Positions 50,801-63,321 of a stretch of 64,000 nucleotides of DNA are shown piece by piece. The stretch spans positions 250,429,212-250,493,211 of the forward strand of contig NC_052148.1 of the NCBI RefSeq assembly GCF_902713615.1, written 5' to 3'. Source of the DNA: Scyliorhinus canicula (taxonomy: Eukaryota). The notes under the pieces are model-generated. The model did no database searches. It had not been told where the DNA came from and was given only the letters and a program-made list of their open reading frames with translations. The translations under genes and the position numbers were made by a program. Within the stretch, counting starts at the first letter, position 1. Every line of letters begins with the position of its first letter.

Positions 50801-53274
50801 TTGGCAAGTCAATAGAATATAGGTCTGTGATTGTTATCAGAAACTGTTTAGCTCTCTGGCAAGTCCATATCTTCAATATTGAAGGGCTGGTTTAGCTCAG
50901 TGGTCTTGAAACATTTGTAATGCAAGACAAGGCCAGCAGCGCAGGTTCAATTCCCGTACCAGCTTACCCGAACAGGCGCCGGAATGTGGCGACTAGGGGC
51001 TTTTCACAGTAACTTCATACTTGCGACAAAAGATTATTATTATTATTTTTGAGTTTGGCTCTGGTCACTAAAATCTTAAGTTTAAAGATCTGGATGCTAT
51101 GCAGAGAAGGACCATAAGCCTGATCAGTCATGTCTGAGGACAGAGTTAGAAGGAAAGGCTTTAAAAACCTGAAGGTGTAAACATTAGCCGCTGTTGTTTC
51201 CATTTTACAGACCAAATTCAGGGACTAGGTCCTGCAGCATTAGAATGTCTGAAAAACATCCAACATGAAATTGGGTCAGGCGATATTTTGTGCATCTGGA
51301 ATGGTCACCTGATAAAGGCATTAAGCTCCTTTCATATGCTAGTGAGAGACCTAATGTTTGCTTAAAGGCTATTCCAGAAATTGGACTGCCCATATTTTCT
51401 AAGTGTGGCTATAGCTACAGTAGTGCTCAGTAATCCTGACAGCTGCAACTATCCTCCAACCAGGACGTACCTGAAGATTACTGCTGGTGAGGCTGGTGGC
51501 CTAAAACTGCCTTCTTCCACCAGGCTAACCCTAGTTAGATGAGGCACCTGGGCCAATTTCATGCAATCCACTGGACCTCTGTCTCCAAATACAGGAATTA
51601 TTCTCGGCTTCCATTTTATAGGGGTTTCCAGGCAAATGTCATTAGCGTCATGTACTTCCTAACAAGCTGAGTGGAATAGGAATGGTAAATGCTGAGCACT
51701 ATATCAACTAAAATCACAATGATAAGTCATGAGGAAGTACAAGAAAGCCAACTTGCATTTATATAGTGCCAATGTGCAGCAAAAAGTGCCATAAACAGCA
51801 ACTGAGAAAACTACCAAATAATTTGTTTGTTTCATTTTGCAATCTCAACCAAACTATCTATGTTTAAAATGGGCAGTCATCATGTGACTCAAAAAGAGAT
51901 CATTAAAAGCAGGAAGTATTAACGATAATTTCAAAGTTAACATCTAATGTACTCGATTTGTTTTGGTAGAAACAGCTGTGCTTACTCACAGGTTCACTAA
52001 ATGCAACAATTCCAAATATGTAAATATCACCTCGTTAATGTTGAATTAACATGGGTAAATTGCAAGGTTCTGTGGAATGTGCTCAAAAGATCTGGATGTC
52101 CACAAAACTTCATCACAACCCTGCAAAGCATTTGGATGGTATAACTGTAAGTTTCACGTGGGGGTTTTGAAACATTTGCCTTCAAAAGCTGGACTGGGTC
52201 CATGGAAGTCTTTGTTGATAGCTCCCATACAATTCACAATCTACCTGACAGTGGCTATACACATCATCAAAAATCAACTGGCATCTGGTGTAAGTATTAA
52301 ATAGTTTCTCGATGAAAAATTCATTAAACTCAAGTAAAAACCCTGTGCCAAAACTAAACTAACCATCATAGATATAGATGAGCTTGAATATTTAGGATGG
52401 CGAGGGCTCAGAACACATCCCTGCCAACTCCTGCAGCCCAATGCCACTTTAATGAGCGTTGATTGGCATAAAGCAGGACTTCTGCCCTCACTTGGGAGGA
52501 AGTCCTGCCTATGAGAGTTGCAGGCCAATCAGATTGGCCAGCAGCTTTCCAGTCACAGCGTTGCAGTGACTGGAGGAAGCACTGCAGACAGCTGCCTGGA
52601 GCTATGTCCCAGGAGACAGGTAAGTGGCAGGGGTCCCTTGGTGGGGAGGGTAGGGAGGTCACAAGGGGGCGATCCGGGTCTATGGGAGGCGGTGGCAGGA
52701 TGGGGTTGGGCAGGGGCAGGCCTGGGCATCACCAGGTCTTGAGGGTGCCCGAGACCAAACTTTGTTTTTGTTCAGCCTTTCCCCCGGAACTGTCTTCTGC
52801 TCGACAGCCTAAAACTTTGAGCCTGGGTGTGAAATGGCCCTTAACTGGCCAGCCTTCATTGAGGAAAGGGCAGACTTCTCATCCAAGGCCCTGCCCACTA
52901 AATGTAAAATTGCTCCCAGGTCAGGGTGGACAGAAATCCGTCCATGCAATTTCATGCTCTCTCCCCCTGCCTCAGATCCCGCAACAGGGGTTTAACTACA
53001 TTTGTGTAATTAGGCCCTTCGAACACCGTCTAAGTTTAATAAAGCTACAAGTCTGAAAGCAGATGGATTCAATCTCAAAAGGTCAATAAAATAACAAAAC
53101 ATCTTGCTTTATAAGTAATTGCACCACCATGTTATATTGGCCATCAGGCACATAATCTAGGCAGATACGTCTTCAGCACTGACGGTCTTTGAACACGTTG
53201 CACCTGAAACTTAATTCAATGAATTTGAGTTGGTCCATGGTCATCTTCAACCAATAAGGGCAAACACAAAATAA

Positions 53275-53585
53275 AGCAGTCGTGTGTCAAAGGTGCTGCC
53301 TTTCAGATAAGATGTTAAACAGAGGCTCCATATGTCCTCTCAAAAGAATGTAAATGATGACATGACAGAAGAGCAGGAAGGGGGTTCTCCTTGATATCAC
53401 AGTCAACAGTTATCACTTAACCAACCTTGCCACAAAACAGATTATCTGGTCAATATCACATTGCTATTTGTGGTGCCATGCATGAAAATTGGCTGCCATC
53501 TCTCCAACAGAACAACAGTGATTGCATATCAATTCATTCACGTAAAGCGATCATGAAAGATGCTACATAAATGCAAGTCTTTCTT
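53275..53585 (+). mobile_element. DeuSINE (SacSINE1/AmnSINE-like) fragment
   Basis: AAAACAGATTATCTGGTCAATATCACATTGCTATTTGTGG core and ATAAATGCAAGTCTTTCTT tail. Related pieces at 17100-17240, 18390-18515 and 61585-61795(-). Confidence 0.75.
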
Positions 53586-54144
53586 AAGAATTGCACTGAA
53601 GATGTGAGATGTATTTTGGTTTTTCTTATTTTCTGCAGTGGTAGAAATTTCTCACTGTTTTGTGGCACCTAAGACATGTGGCACCTAAGACATGTGTCCA
53701 ACCACTTATGCTCCATGATTCAGAACTCCTCCAGCTCATGAGCAAGATCTAGTGCCACGCTGTGAAGTTGACTGTAGAAAAAAAAAGGAACCGACTTAGA
53801 AAGAGATAGCTCCAGCTTCCAGCGGCCAAAGACTGAGTTCTGTGAAAGGGAGAGTTAGCCCCGTGGCAGAATTTTTCAAAGCCACCCCCATGAGAACATG
53901 GATGTTTTCCACAAGAACATGAAATTGGCGTTGAGTAAGACAGCACTGGGACTTAGACATCTGGAACACAGACAGTTGCCATTTATTTGCTAGCTGCCCA
54001 TTATATACCCTTGCGTATATAGCTGAGGAAACTCTTGAAATTTCAGATGGCAAAGGCTGGACAGTAGTCTGTGGAGTTTGGGCCCTTGCGCATATAGCTG
54101 AGAAACTCTTGAGATTTCAGGTGGCAAACGCTGGAAGGTGGTAT

Positions 54145-54805
54145 TAGGAGAGTAAAAGAACCTGACGGCGTCATGTTTCACGACGGCATGAAACTGGCGT
54201 GGGCATAACCGATTCTGGCCCTCATAGGGGGTCAGTACAGCGCAGGAGCGGTTCACGCCACTCCAGCCTCCCTTCCCAGCACCAACGTCCAAGGGTACTT
54301 CCTCAATGTGCTGGCCCCAACGCAACATGGCGCGGGGCTTCAGGGGCCGGCCGCGTAACAAAATAGGGCCGGAGCTGGAGAGGCCGGTCCACCGATTGGT
54401 GGCCCCAATCACGAGCCAGACCGCATTGGAGGCCCCCCCCTCCCCTCCCCCCCTCCCTCCTCCCTCCCCCCTCCCTCCTCCCTCCCCCCTCCCTCCCCCC
54501 CCCCACAGGCCGCCCCCCCCCCCCCACAGGCCGCCTCCCAACCCTGCACGCAGAGTTCCAGCCGGCTATGAGCAGGCGTGGACGGCGCAGGCGGAACTCT
54601 GCCACTTCCACGCGGCCGCTCGGCCCAGCAAGGCCGGAGTATCGGCGGCCCGGCCGCAGACATGCAGCCCACGACCGGCGCCGCGCCAAACACGCCGGTG
54701 CAAATGGCACCGATTCTCCGCTCCTCGGAGAATCGCGTGCCGCCGTCGGGGCGCGGTTGCGCCGATTCTCCGGCCCAGCGCGGGGCTCGGAGAATGCCGC
54801 CCCCT
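54145..54805. mobile_element. GC-rich Harbinger-like non-autonomous element, truncated at one end
   Basis: Ends GGAGAATGCCGCCCCC with internal GATTCTCCG/CGGAGAAT hairpins, like 27329-28008. Contains a poly-C-rich tract. Confidence 0.6.
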
Positions 54806-55369
54806 ATGTCCAGGGTTTGGTACCTAATATTTCTGATAGAAAGAAGTTACAATAATAATTTTTAATTTACAACGTTTACAATTACTGAATAAAGTACACA
54901 TCCATGGTGTACTTACATATGTTATACTGGGACTGTACTCACTAAGCTCCAGGAGAGAAGTTTCTGGTATTTACTATCCGACAGCAATGCTTTCATGACT
55001 AACTATAGGGGGTATAAATTGCACCTTCTGATGGATGAATAAGAATCAAGTCAAACGTCTACAACAGTGTTGGTGACCAAACATCTGAAGGAGGCAAGTA
55101 CTCCGGGGGCACTACTGATGGCTGTCCGGCCAACTCATTCGTGAGCGAACGGGATCTGGAATCAGTTATCCCTCTGGCCACCTTGTTTCCAGTTCCCCAC
55201 TCTTCCACCTCCTTCAAAAACTAGCAGCAGCAGCCCTTCCTTCTTGTGTCGCCCACTCGTTAGAAGTCACAAGGCAATGGGCCCGAATTATTAGTCACGA
55301 TAAAAACGAAAGACACCTCCTGTGCGCGTGTATATATATTTGGGCGTGTGTGTGTGTTGGCAAACTTAC

Positions 55370-55480
55370 AACTGATGCGATTTGTCGTGAATGTCTTGAG
55401 ATTTTGTCAAATCACTCCAAACCGAGTTGTACCCGAGTGAGACAACCCAGGGCAGTCCCCGGGGGAGCGGGGAGATTCCG
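55370..55480 (-). other. C4orf33: Probable non-coding first exon of C4orf33 (5' boundary approximate)
   Basis: Minus-strand donor CAGTT|GTAAGT (ACTTAC at 55364-55369) at the edge of the CpG island, 7.5 kb upstream of the ATG exon, which itself has an acceptor and so needs an upstream exon. Confidence 0.55.
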
Positions 55481-55830
55481 CCGGCGGAACTGTCGCTGGG
55501 ATTGTGCGTTCCTCCCGGAAGGTTTAAAGCGGTGGCAACAGCGAGCCGTTGGGCGGTTTTTCAAATATAAAAAAAGATCCGAGTCGCTGTTGGTGGCGGG
55601 TGCGGCCGGACTGGACTGGGCAGCGCCTCCCGGTGAATTGGCGTCGACGGTGGACGATTGTTGCGGCTGCTGCTTCCTGAGGGTGACGTCTCGGGCTGAG
55701 CGGTGCAGGCTCGGTCGCCCGTGAGTCCCGGAGCCGCTGTCAGGTCAGTGCCGCCCCGTTTCCAGGGGAACCACCTCCTCCCCTCCCCCGCTTGGTCTCC
55801 AAGGAAACCACCACCGCCGCTCGTGGACTG
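55400..55830. promoter_or_regulatory. CpG-island bidirectional promoter
   Basis: Non-repetitive CpG-dense sequence. Outward-facing donors at 55369 (-) and 55721 (+). ETS-like CCGGAAG 55515-55521, CRE-like TGACGTC 55684-55690, X-box-like motifs at 55758 and 55795. Confidence 0.7.
55540..55720 (+). other. Probable non-coding first exon of a divergent plus-strand gene (SCLT1 candidate by synteny only)
   Basis: Donor CCC|GTGAGT at 55721. No ATG in the exon. C4orf33 is head-to-head with SCLT1 in human, but no SCLT1 coding exon was recognised in the window. Start is approximate. Confidence 0.45.
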
Positions 55831-55834
55831 GGCG

Positions 55835-57022
55835 GGGGTCTCTCATCCACAGCAGAACCCTGAGCATTGCCTCCCCACCCCATGGGGGGTTTCATTCACA
55901 GCAAAACCCTGAGCATTGAGTCCCCACCCCATGGGGCTTTCATCCGCTGCAGAACCCTGAGCACCCACCACCCCCCCCCCCCCCCCATGGGGGGTTTCAT
56001 TCACAGCAAAACCCTGAGCATTGACTCCCCACCCCATGGGGCTTTCATCTGCTACAGAACCCTGAGCATTGACTTCCCACCCCGTGGGGCTTTCATCCAC
56101 AACAAAACCCGGAGCATTGCCTTCCCACCCCATGGGGCTTTCATCTGCTACAGAACCCTGGGCATCGCCCCCTCGCCCCCCCCCCCCCCGACCCCCATGG
56201 GGGTTTTCATCCACGGCAGAACCCTGAGCATTGCCTTCCCACCCCATGGGGCTTTCATCTGCTACAGAACCCTGAGCATCGCCCCCCCCCCCCCCCATGG
56301 GGGTTTTCATCCACAGCAAAACCCTGAGCATTGACTTCCCACCCCATGGGGCTTTCATCCACGGCAGAACCCTGAGCACTGACTTCCCACCCCATGGGGC
56401 TTTCATCCACAGCAGAACCCTGAGCACTGACTTCCCACCCCATGGGGCTTTCATTCACGGCAGTACCCTGAGCACTGACTTCCCACCCCATGGGGCTTTC
56501 ATCCACGGCAGAACCCTGAGCATTGACTTCCCACCCCATGGGGCTTTCATCCACGGCAGAACCCTGAGCATTGACTTCCCACCCCATGGGGCTTTCATCC
56601 ACAGCAGAACCCTGAGCACTGACTTCCCACCCCATGGGGCTTTCATCCACGGCAGTACCCTGAGCACTGACTTCCCACCCCATGGGGCTTTCATCCACGG
56701 CAGAACCCTGAGCATTGACTTCCCACCCCATGGGGCTTTCATCCACGGCAGAACCCTGAGCATTGACTTCCCACCCCATGGGGCTTTCATCCACGGCAGA
56801 ACCCTGAGCATTGACTTCCCACCCCGTGGGGCTTTCATCCGCTGCAGAACACTGAGCATTGCCCCCCCCCCCCCCGACCCCATGGGGTCTCTCATCCACA
56901 GCAGAACCCTGAGCATTGTCTCCCCACCCCATGGGGCTTTCATCTGCTACAGAACCCTGAGCATCGCCCCCCCACCCCACCCCATGGGGCTTTCATCCAC
57001 GGCAGAACCCTGAGCATTGCCC
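55835..57022. repeat. 48-bp minisatellite, about 24 units
   Basis: Unit CATGGGGCTTTCATCCACGGCAGAACCCTGAGCATTGACTTCCCACCC. Homogeneous core ~56300-56860, flanking units interrupted by poly-C. Confidence 0.95.
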
Positions 57023-57419
57023 CAACCCCCCAGCGGTAGCCAGCCTCCCTCGAGTCTTAACAAAACTGTATTAGGCCTCCTCCCTCTTCCCCCCCCCCCC
57101 CCCCCCATTGTATATCCCCTTTCCTTGCAGCATAAAAACATTTGCAAACATCCTGTAACTCATTGGGAGCATCAGAAAGGGCACTGATGATCAGTGATTA
57201 AGAGTTACAAAAGCATTGAATCGTTCAGCACGTTTTTAAAAAAAAAAAAATAGAAAATCCGATTTGAAATTTATAAAAGAACTTTAGAAAGTGCTGCAAA
57301 GACTCAGCAGGCTTGGCAGCCTCTGCAAGGAGAGGATCAAAGTTAACGTTGTGAGTCCAAATTGACTTCTGACGTCCTTTTTTTAAAAGAATGTTGTGCG
57401 CACCTGAGATTGGATTTTC

Positions 57420-58435
57420 GAAGAACTCTCTCTGATCGCTGCGAATATACCAGAGATAACGGAAAAGGAGGTTTGGGGGTAGTAGCCTTAGCCATAGGAG
57501 TAAAAATCGGAGGCAAGAACGTGACAAACTGGCGATACACTGATGACATAGCATAACTTGTAGAATCAGAAGAGGTCCTATAAAATGTTGTAGATCAATT
57601 AGAATCAAGTAAGGTCTGTGGGGCAAAATTTAGAGGAGATGGACGCGGTAGGTTTTTTACACAGGGTGGTGAGTGCCTCGAATGCGTTGCCAGGGGAGGT
57701 TGTGGAAGCAGATACATTAATGGTGTTCAAAAGGCAGCTTGACAAATACATGGATAGGATGGGTATAGAGGGATACGGCACAAGGAAGTGCTGAGAGTTT
57801 TGGCCAAAGGTGGTATCATAACCAGTACAGGCTTGGAGGGCCGACGAACCTGTTCCTGTGCTGTATTGTTCTTTGTTCTAATCCAGCAGTTTATAATAAT
57901 AATCTTTATTGTCACAAGTAGGCTTACATTAACACTGCAATGAAGTTACTGTGAAAAGCTCCTCGTTGCCATATTCCGGTGCCTGTTCGTGTACACAGTG
58001 TCATGAAGTTACTGTGAAAAACCACTAGTTGCCATATTCCAGCGCCTGTTCGGATACACAGTGAGAATTCAGAATGTCCAAATTACTTACCAGCACTGCT
58101 TTCGGGACTTGTGGAAGGAAACCGGAGCACCCGGGGGAAACCCACGCAGACACGGGGAGAACGTGCAGACTCCATACAGACAGTGATCCAAGCCGGGAAT
58201 CGAACCTAGGACCCTGGAAGTGTGAAACAACAGTGCTACCCACTGCTACCGTGCTGCCCCCAATTGAGGATATGAATTGAGCACGATCATCAAAGAGACA
58301 AAATACTGGAAATTAGAAGGAACATATTAGAATAAACCAGAGTGACGGTTGAAGTGCCACACTGGAACAAGTTGATACGTTTGTCTATCTAGGACAAGTG
58401 ATAACAGAAGATGGCAGATATGAGGCAGATTTCAA
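57420..58435 (+). mobile_element. Old RTE-type LINE RT fragment split by nested CR1 and SINE insertions
   Basis: GVKIGGKNVTNWRYTDDIA (YADD region), resuming as LEQVDTFVYLGQVITEDGR at ~58360. Confidence 0.6.
57893..58260 (-). mobile_element. V-SINE with partly duplicated tail
   Basis: Reverse complement of the 6945-type SINE. A ~60-bp tail segment is repeated (57940-58000, 58003-58063). Partial copy at 59165-59375. Confidence 0.85.
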
Positions 58436-61400
58436 AGGCTTCTATTTTGTACCTCCAATCTTTTTTTATTATTCAGGTTTCTGGGGCATACAGGAAAGTG
58501 GACAGAACGTAGCAGATTCTGATTTTTTTTTTTTCCTTGTTACAATCTTTGAGTTTTCTTGTTGTTAACACATCCTTTCTCTTCACAAAATTACTTCTGG
58601 CTCTCTCTACCCTTCTAAGAAGGCCAGAGGGCATAGGTTTAAGGTGAGGAAGAAGAGGAGAACTGAGGAAACATTTTTTCATCCTGAGGGTGATTGAAAT
58701 ATGGAATGTGCAGCCTGAGATGGTGGTAACATTTAAGAAGCATCTGGACGAGCTCTTAAATCACCAAGGCATAGTTGGCGATGGACCAAGTGCTGGCAAA
58801 TGGGATTAGTAAAAATTGATATTTGATGGTCTGCATAGAATGGTGGTCCAAAGTGATTCTAGGGCAGAGTGGAAAGCAGCAGAAAAAGGGGTTGACCTAG
58901 GCGTGGTTACACGATGGAGGTCACAGAGTGGTTGCAGATGAACGAAAGTGGATGTGTGAGGGTGGCGCAAGACAGATGTGCGTGACATAGAACAGCGATT
59001 TCCTGATGGAGTTTAGAAGGATGAGGGGGGTTCCAATTGAAACTTACAGGATGCTGAGAGGCCTATGTAGAGTGGATGTGAAGAGGATCTTTCCACGAGT
59101 AGGAGAAACTAGAACCCAAGGGTACAGTCTCAGACTGAAGGGACGATGCATTAAATAAATAAATAGATAATAAATAATCTTTATTGTCACAAGTAGGCTT
59201 ACATTAACATTGCAATGAAGTTACTGTGGAAAAACACCATGTCGCCATACTCCGGCGCCTGTTCAGGTACACCGAGGGAGAATTCAGAATGTCCAATTCA
59301 CCTCGCAGCATGTCTTTCGGAACTTGTGGGAGGAAACGGGAGCACCCGGAGGAAACCCATGCAAAATTGAACCTGGGACTCTGTGCGGAGTCTGCAAGTT
59401 CTCCAACAGAGATGAGGAGGAATTTCTTCAGCCAGAGGGTGGTGAATCTGTGGAACTCTGCTGCAGAAGGCTGTGGAGGCCAAATCACTGAGTGTCTTTA
59501 CGATAGAGATAGATAGGTTCTTAATTAATAAGGGGATCAAGGGTTACGGGGAGAAGGCAAGAGAATGGGGATGAGAAACATATCATCCATGATTGAAAGG
59601 CGTAGCTGACTCAGTGGGCGAAATGGCCTAATTCTGCTCCTGTATCGTATGGTCTATAGAAGTAGCTACAAGCAGCAGTTTAGGCGTGGTGTAAATGTAA
59701 AAATTCACAGCACATCAGCCAAGGAAAGGAAAAAGACAGATGAAAATGTTGATGTAAGTCATGGACATGAAACGTTGGGCTGGCCCTTATGCTCTTCCAC
59801 TGGTGGGTTTAAAGTCTGGGGTGGGGTAAAATTCATTGGAGGGCCTGCCCTTCCCTTACCTGTCTGAAGTTTTATGGGTCACCGAGAAGGTAACTTGTGC
59901 CCCACCTGCCCGTTAGTCTATTGAGGTCCTTAAATGGTCAATTAATAGCCACTATAGGCTTCATTTGACTCCTGCCGGTATTTTATCCACTTTGCAGGGA
60001 GGCGCACACCATGTGGGAAGCCCAGCAGCTTTAGTTGTATGGGCTGTTGTTGGGGAAGGGGAAACCTGCTTCGCTGCTCCCCCACGCCCATTGGAGGCAT
60101 CACCTCAATGTTATTCCTCCTCCATGCCCTCACCATGGTCAGGTTGACAGGCCCTAGAGAGAGCTCTAACCTTGGACTTGATTGGCTCCACGATGTGGTA
60201 GGATTGCCTCTAGTCCTTAGCAGTGGCCACGGCTCTTGGTGGCATTGCTGGAACTGCCGAGCTGCCAGCCATTCAAGCAGCCACAACTCTCTAAGGTTGA
60301 ACTTTATCCTGAGAAAGTAGAGGAAGTCTCACTTTGAAACAATTAACTCTGCCCCCACTGTTAAATTGCTGTAGGATAGCCCATGGCATAGTGGGTGGGC
60401 CACCCAAACCAGCTTTAGCCAGGCGGCTGGTGGGGCGGTAGGGACCAAAGCACTTTGCAAAGTCCAGCCCGTTAACCTTGATTTTGTTTTTGCAGATACT
60501 GCCAGACCACAGAGTATTTACAACATTTTCTGGTTTTATTTCAGATTTCCAGCACCACAATATTGTTTTTGAGTAAGAGAATACCTTTTTTTGCTGCAAT
60601 GCTACATTAAAACTGCTTCTTTTGCAATCACAAATGTTTCCATTCAAGATGCAAAATGTAAATTACTGTGGATGCTGAAAATTTGATTAGATTTCTGAAC
60701 TGACTTAATCAGTTGAATAAATACCAATTGATTAATAGAAAACTATAGGTAATACAAATAATATTTTTAGAGGTAAGGGACAATAAATAGGTGATTACTT
60801 TTCAGCTCCAGTGAATGATTGTCTGAAAATGTTCTCCTGTCTCTGCAGAATGCTCATTAACCCTGTTTTTTCAATACTTTCTGTTTGTACATACTTTTTC
60901 TAATTGTGAATCTGTGGACATTTATTTTTGTTTTATGAGGGACGTCCACATGTCAATATAAGACATGTTTAATGTATAATAAGATCTGATTGTTAGATAC
61001 CAAAAGATTAAGTTGTGTGATTCAATTTTCAAAGCATATTGCGATCTGAAATTTGTTGAAAGACTTGCTTTCCCAAATTGAGACAGTATTTATGATTCTG
61101 TTTTCCTGTGCAAAGCTCTGCAAGTTTTTACTGGGTCGGTGGAAGTACAATTACTTGTAATGGGTAAAATAGTTTTCTTTTAAAATTAGTGTGTCTGCAT
61201 CAAGTATTCATTTGGGACCACTTCAAGCACACTGACTGGTCAATTGCAATGAGTAGTCGATGGTACATTAAACTCTTTATCTTGCATCAGGATGCATAGC
61301 AACACCTTTTTGTTCCACAACAACCAAGGAGTGCATGTAGGATTTCACCAGGAAATGCTTATGCTTTGTTAAAATAAAGTGGTGTTGGAAGTGCTTTGAT

Positions 61401-62232
61401 ATGCCCGTTCTATATCAGTTACCATATTTGACAAAAGCAAAACTGCATTTTAAGCTGTTTAGCCGTTCACATTTTCTATTCCCACAATGCTAAATAATGC
61501 CAATTTAAATCGGATTCTATGCATTTGTCCTTGATGACCACTCATAAAAATCTTGCGTTGGTAGACTACCAACAAAAGAAAATAAAGAACTTGCATTTAA
61601 TATAGTGCCTTTGACAACCTCAGGATGTCTGTTAAAGCCAGTACACTTTTCATTTGCAGTCACTGTTGTAATTCAGGAAATGTAGCAGGCAAATTACCTA
61701 TGGCAAGGTCTCACATACAGCAATGTGATAATGGCATGTAATTTGATTTAGTTTTGCTAATGTGGAGGGATAAACATTGGACTGGAATTTCACTGAAGGT
61801 GCCCTTTAAAAATGGCAGGAGCCCTTTACAAATGGCAGCAAAGACCCAATTCTGAAATTCCAGATTCCATTCCTGGTGTTTCCACTTTTTAAGGGTGCAG
61901 GCTGATTTAGGTCCAATACCCACACCCTGCAGTCCTGGCTTGGCCGGCTCCATTGCAGGGATAGGCATTTCATCCTACTCCACAATTTTTATGACACTGG
62001 GCTAGTCTTTCAAAGAGCTGTGGTTCACTGCACCTGACTGCATGAAGGAACCTTTTGATTGATAACTGAAAAATGCCCTCTTCATGTCCCCAGTGCCAAG
62101 CTATGCCCCCAAACATTCCCTATGGCCCCATATGCATCCCAGGCCAAGCTATGCCCACCATAAAACCCTTATGGCCCTCATGCCAAGCTATGGAACTTCC
62201 ATGTTCATTCACACTATATACTGTATAGAAGC

Positions 62233-62489
62233 TGTTGTAATCTTCCCAGATCCTATTGGCTGGGGACAATTAGTTACCCCTAGAATCAGGGGGAATATGA
62301 GCACCCCCGATAATGGGGTGGGGCAATCATTAACCTTTCAGCTATACAAATAGAGCTGTCCGGTTTGAGACTGGCTAGAGGAAGAACCAGTCGTGAACTA
62401 CTGATGCTGTGTAAATATTGTTGTAAATAAAAGTTACTTTATGTTTGACTCTACAAATTTGTGCTGAACTTTTCGTGGCCCTTACAAAA
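62233..62489 (+). mobile_element. Solo LTR (257 bp), same family as 14177-14436
   Basis: TGTT...CAAAA, AATAAA at ~62427, TSD GAAGC/GAAAC. The empty-site sequence is preserved in the inverted arm at 63001-63054. Confidence 0.8.
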
Positions 62490-63321
62490 GAAACAATGAA
62501 CCCTATAGTGACAGTAGAATGCATAAAACGAGCTTTTTTAAAAAAAAATCATTCATTGATAGCTTAAATAAATATTGTGAAATTGACAATATTGACCAGA
62601 GTCTAAGTTTTCAGTCAAGCAATGATTTCTCTGTGCTTTTATGTTTCATCACATCGGTGCATTTTTGCACTATTTGCATAAACTTTACACAACTTTTAAG
62701 AAGTATTTAGGTGAGCACATGAAGTACCAAAGCATACGAGGCTACGGACTAAGTACTGGAAAATGGATTAGAATAGTTTTGTGCTTGATGTTCGGCACGG
62801 AGGCGGTAGGCTGAAGGGCATTTTTCCATGCTGTAAAACTCTGACTAAGACTTTATAGAGGGTTTTAAGTGCTTGCAGTTTCTGCTATTGGTATTTTAAA
62901 TGATTTGGATGATTGGCACTTTTATTGACCTGTCGTAAAAGAGTTTTGTTTTAAGTAAGTGAAAGTTAGAAACAAATTAGTTTTTAATGCATTTTTAAAC
63001 TTCTACTGTCACTATCGAGTTAATTGTTTCTATACAGTATATAGTGTGTGAATGTGTTTTCTTGAGGGCCACAGGAATGTTTGGGGAGTATGAAAAGCTA
63101 TAGGGGATGTTTTGGTTGTTTGGGGGGCATAGCTTAGCATGGGTGTTTTAAACAGTGCACCTCCACATCCTTCTGGACCAGACCTAACAATTGTTAGGAT
63201 ACTGGACAAGAACTCCAAACAATTGTTTTTAATTTGTAAAACTGAGAAGAAATTATACTTCACCCAAGGAGTGATGACTCTGATTCTGACCAATAGGTGC
63301 CTTTTATGTGAAAACAAACTT

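Noticed and set aside
54303-54865. Pro/Gly-rich ORFs and an apparent CpG-island gene
   Set aside because: Inside a GC-rich non-autonomous transposon with a poly-C tract. The same applies to 27354-28143.
55843-57013. Repetitive proteins of 155-241 aa
   Set aside because: Explained by a 48-bp (16-codon) unit open on both strands. Poly-C indels shift frames and no splice context was found.
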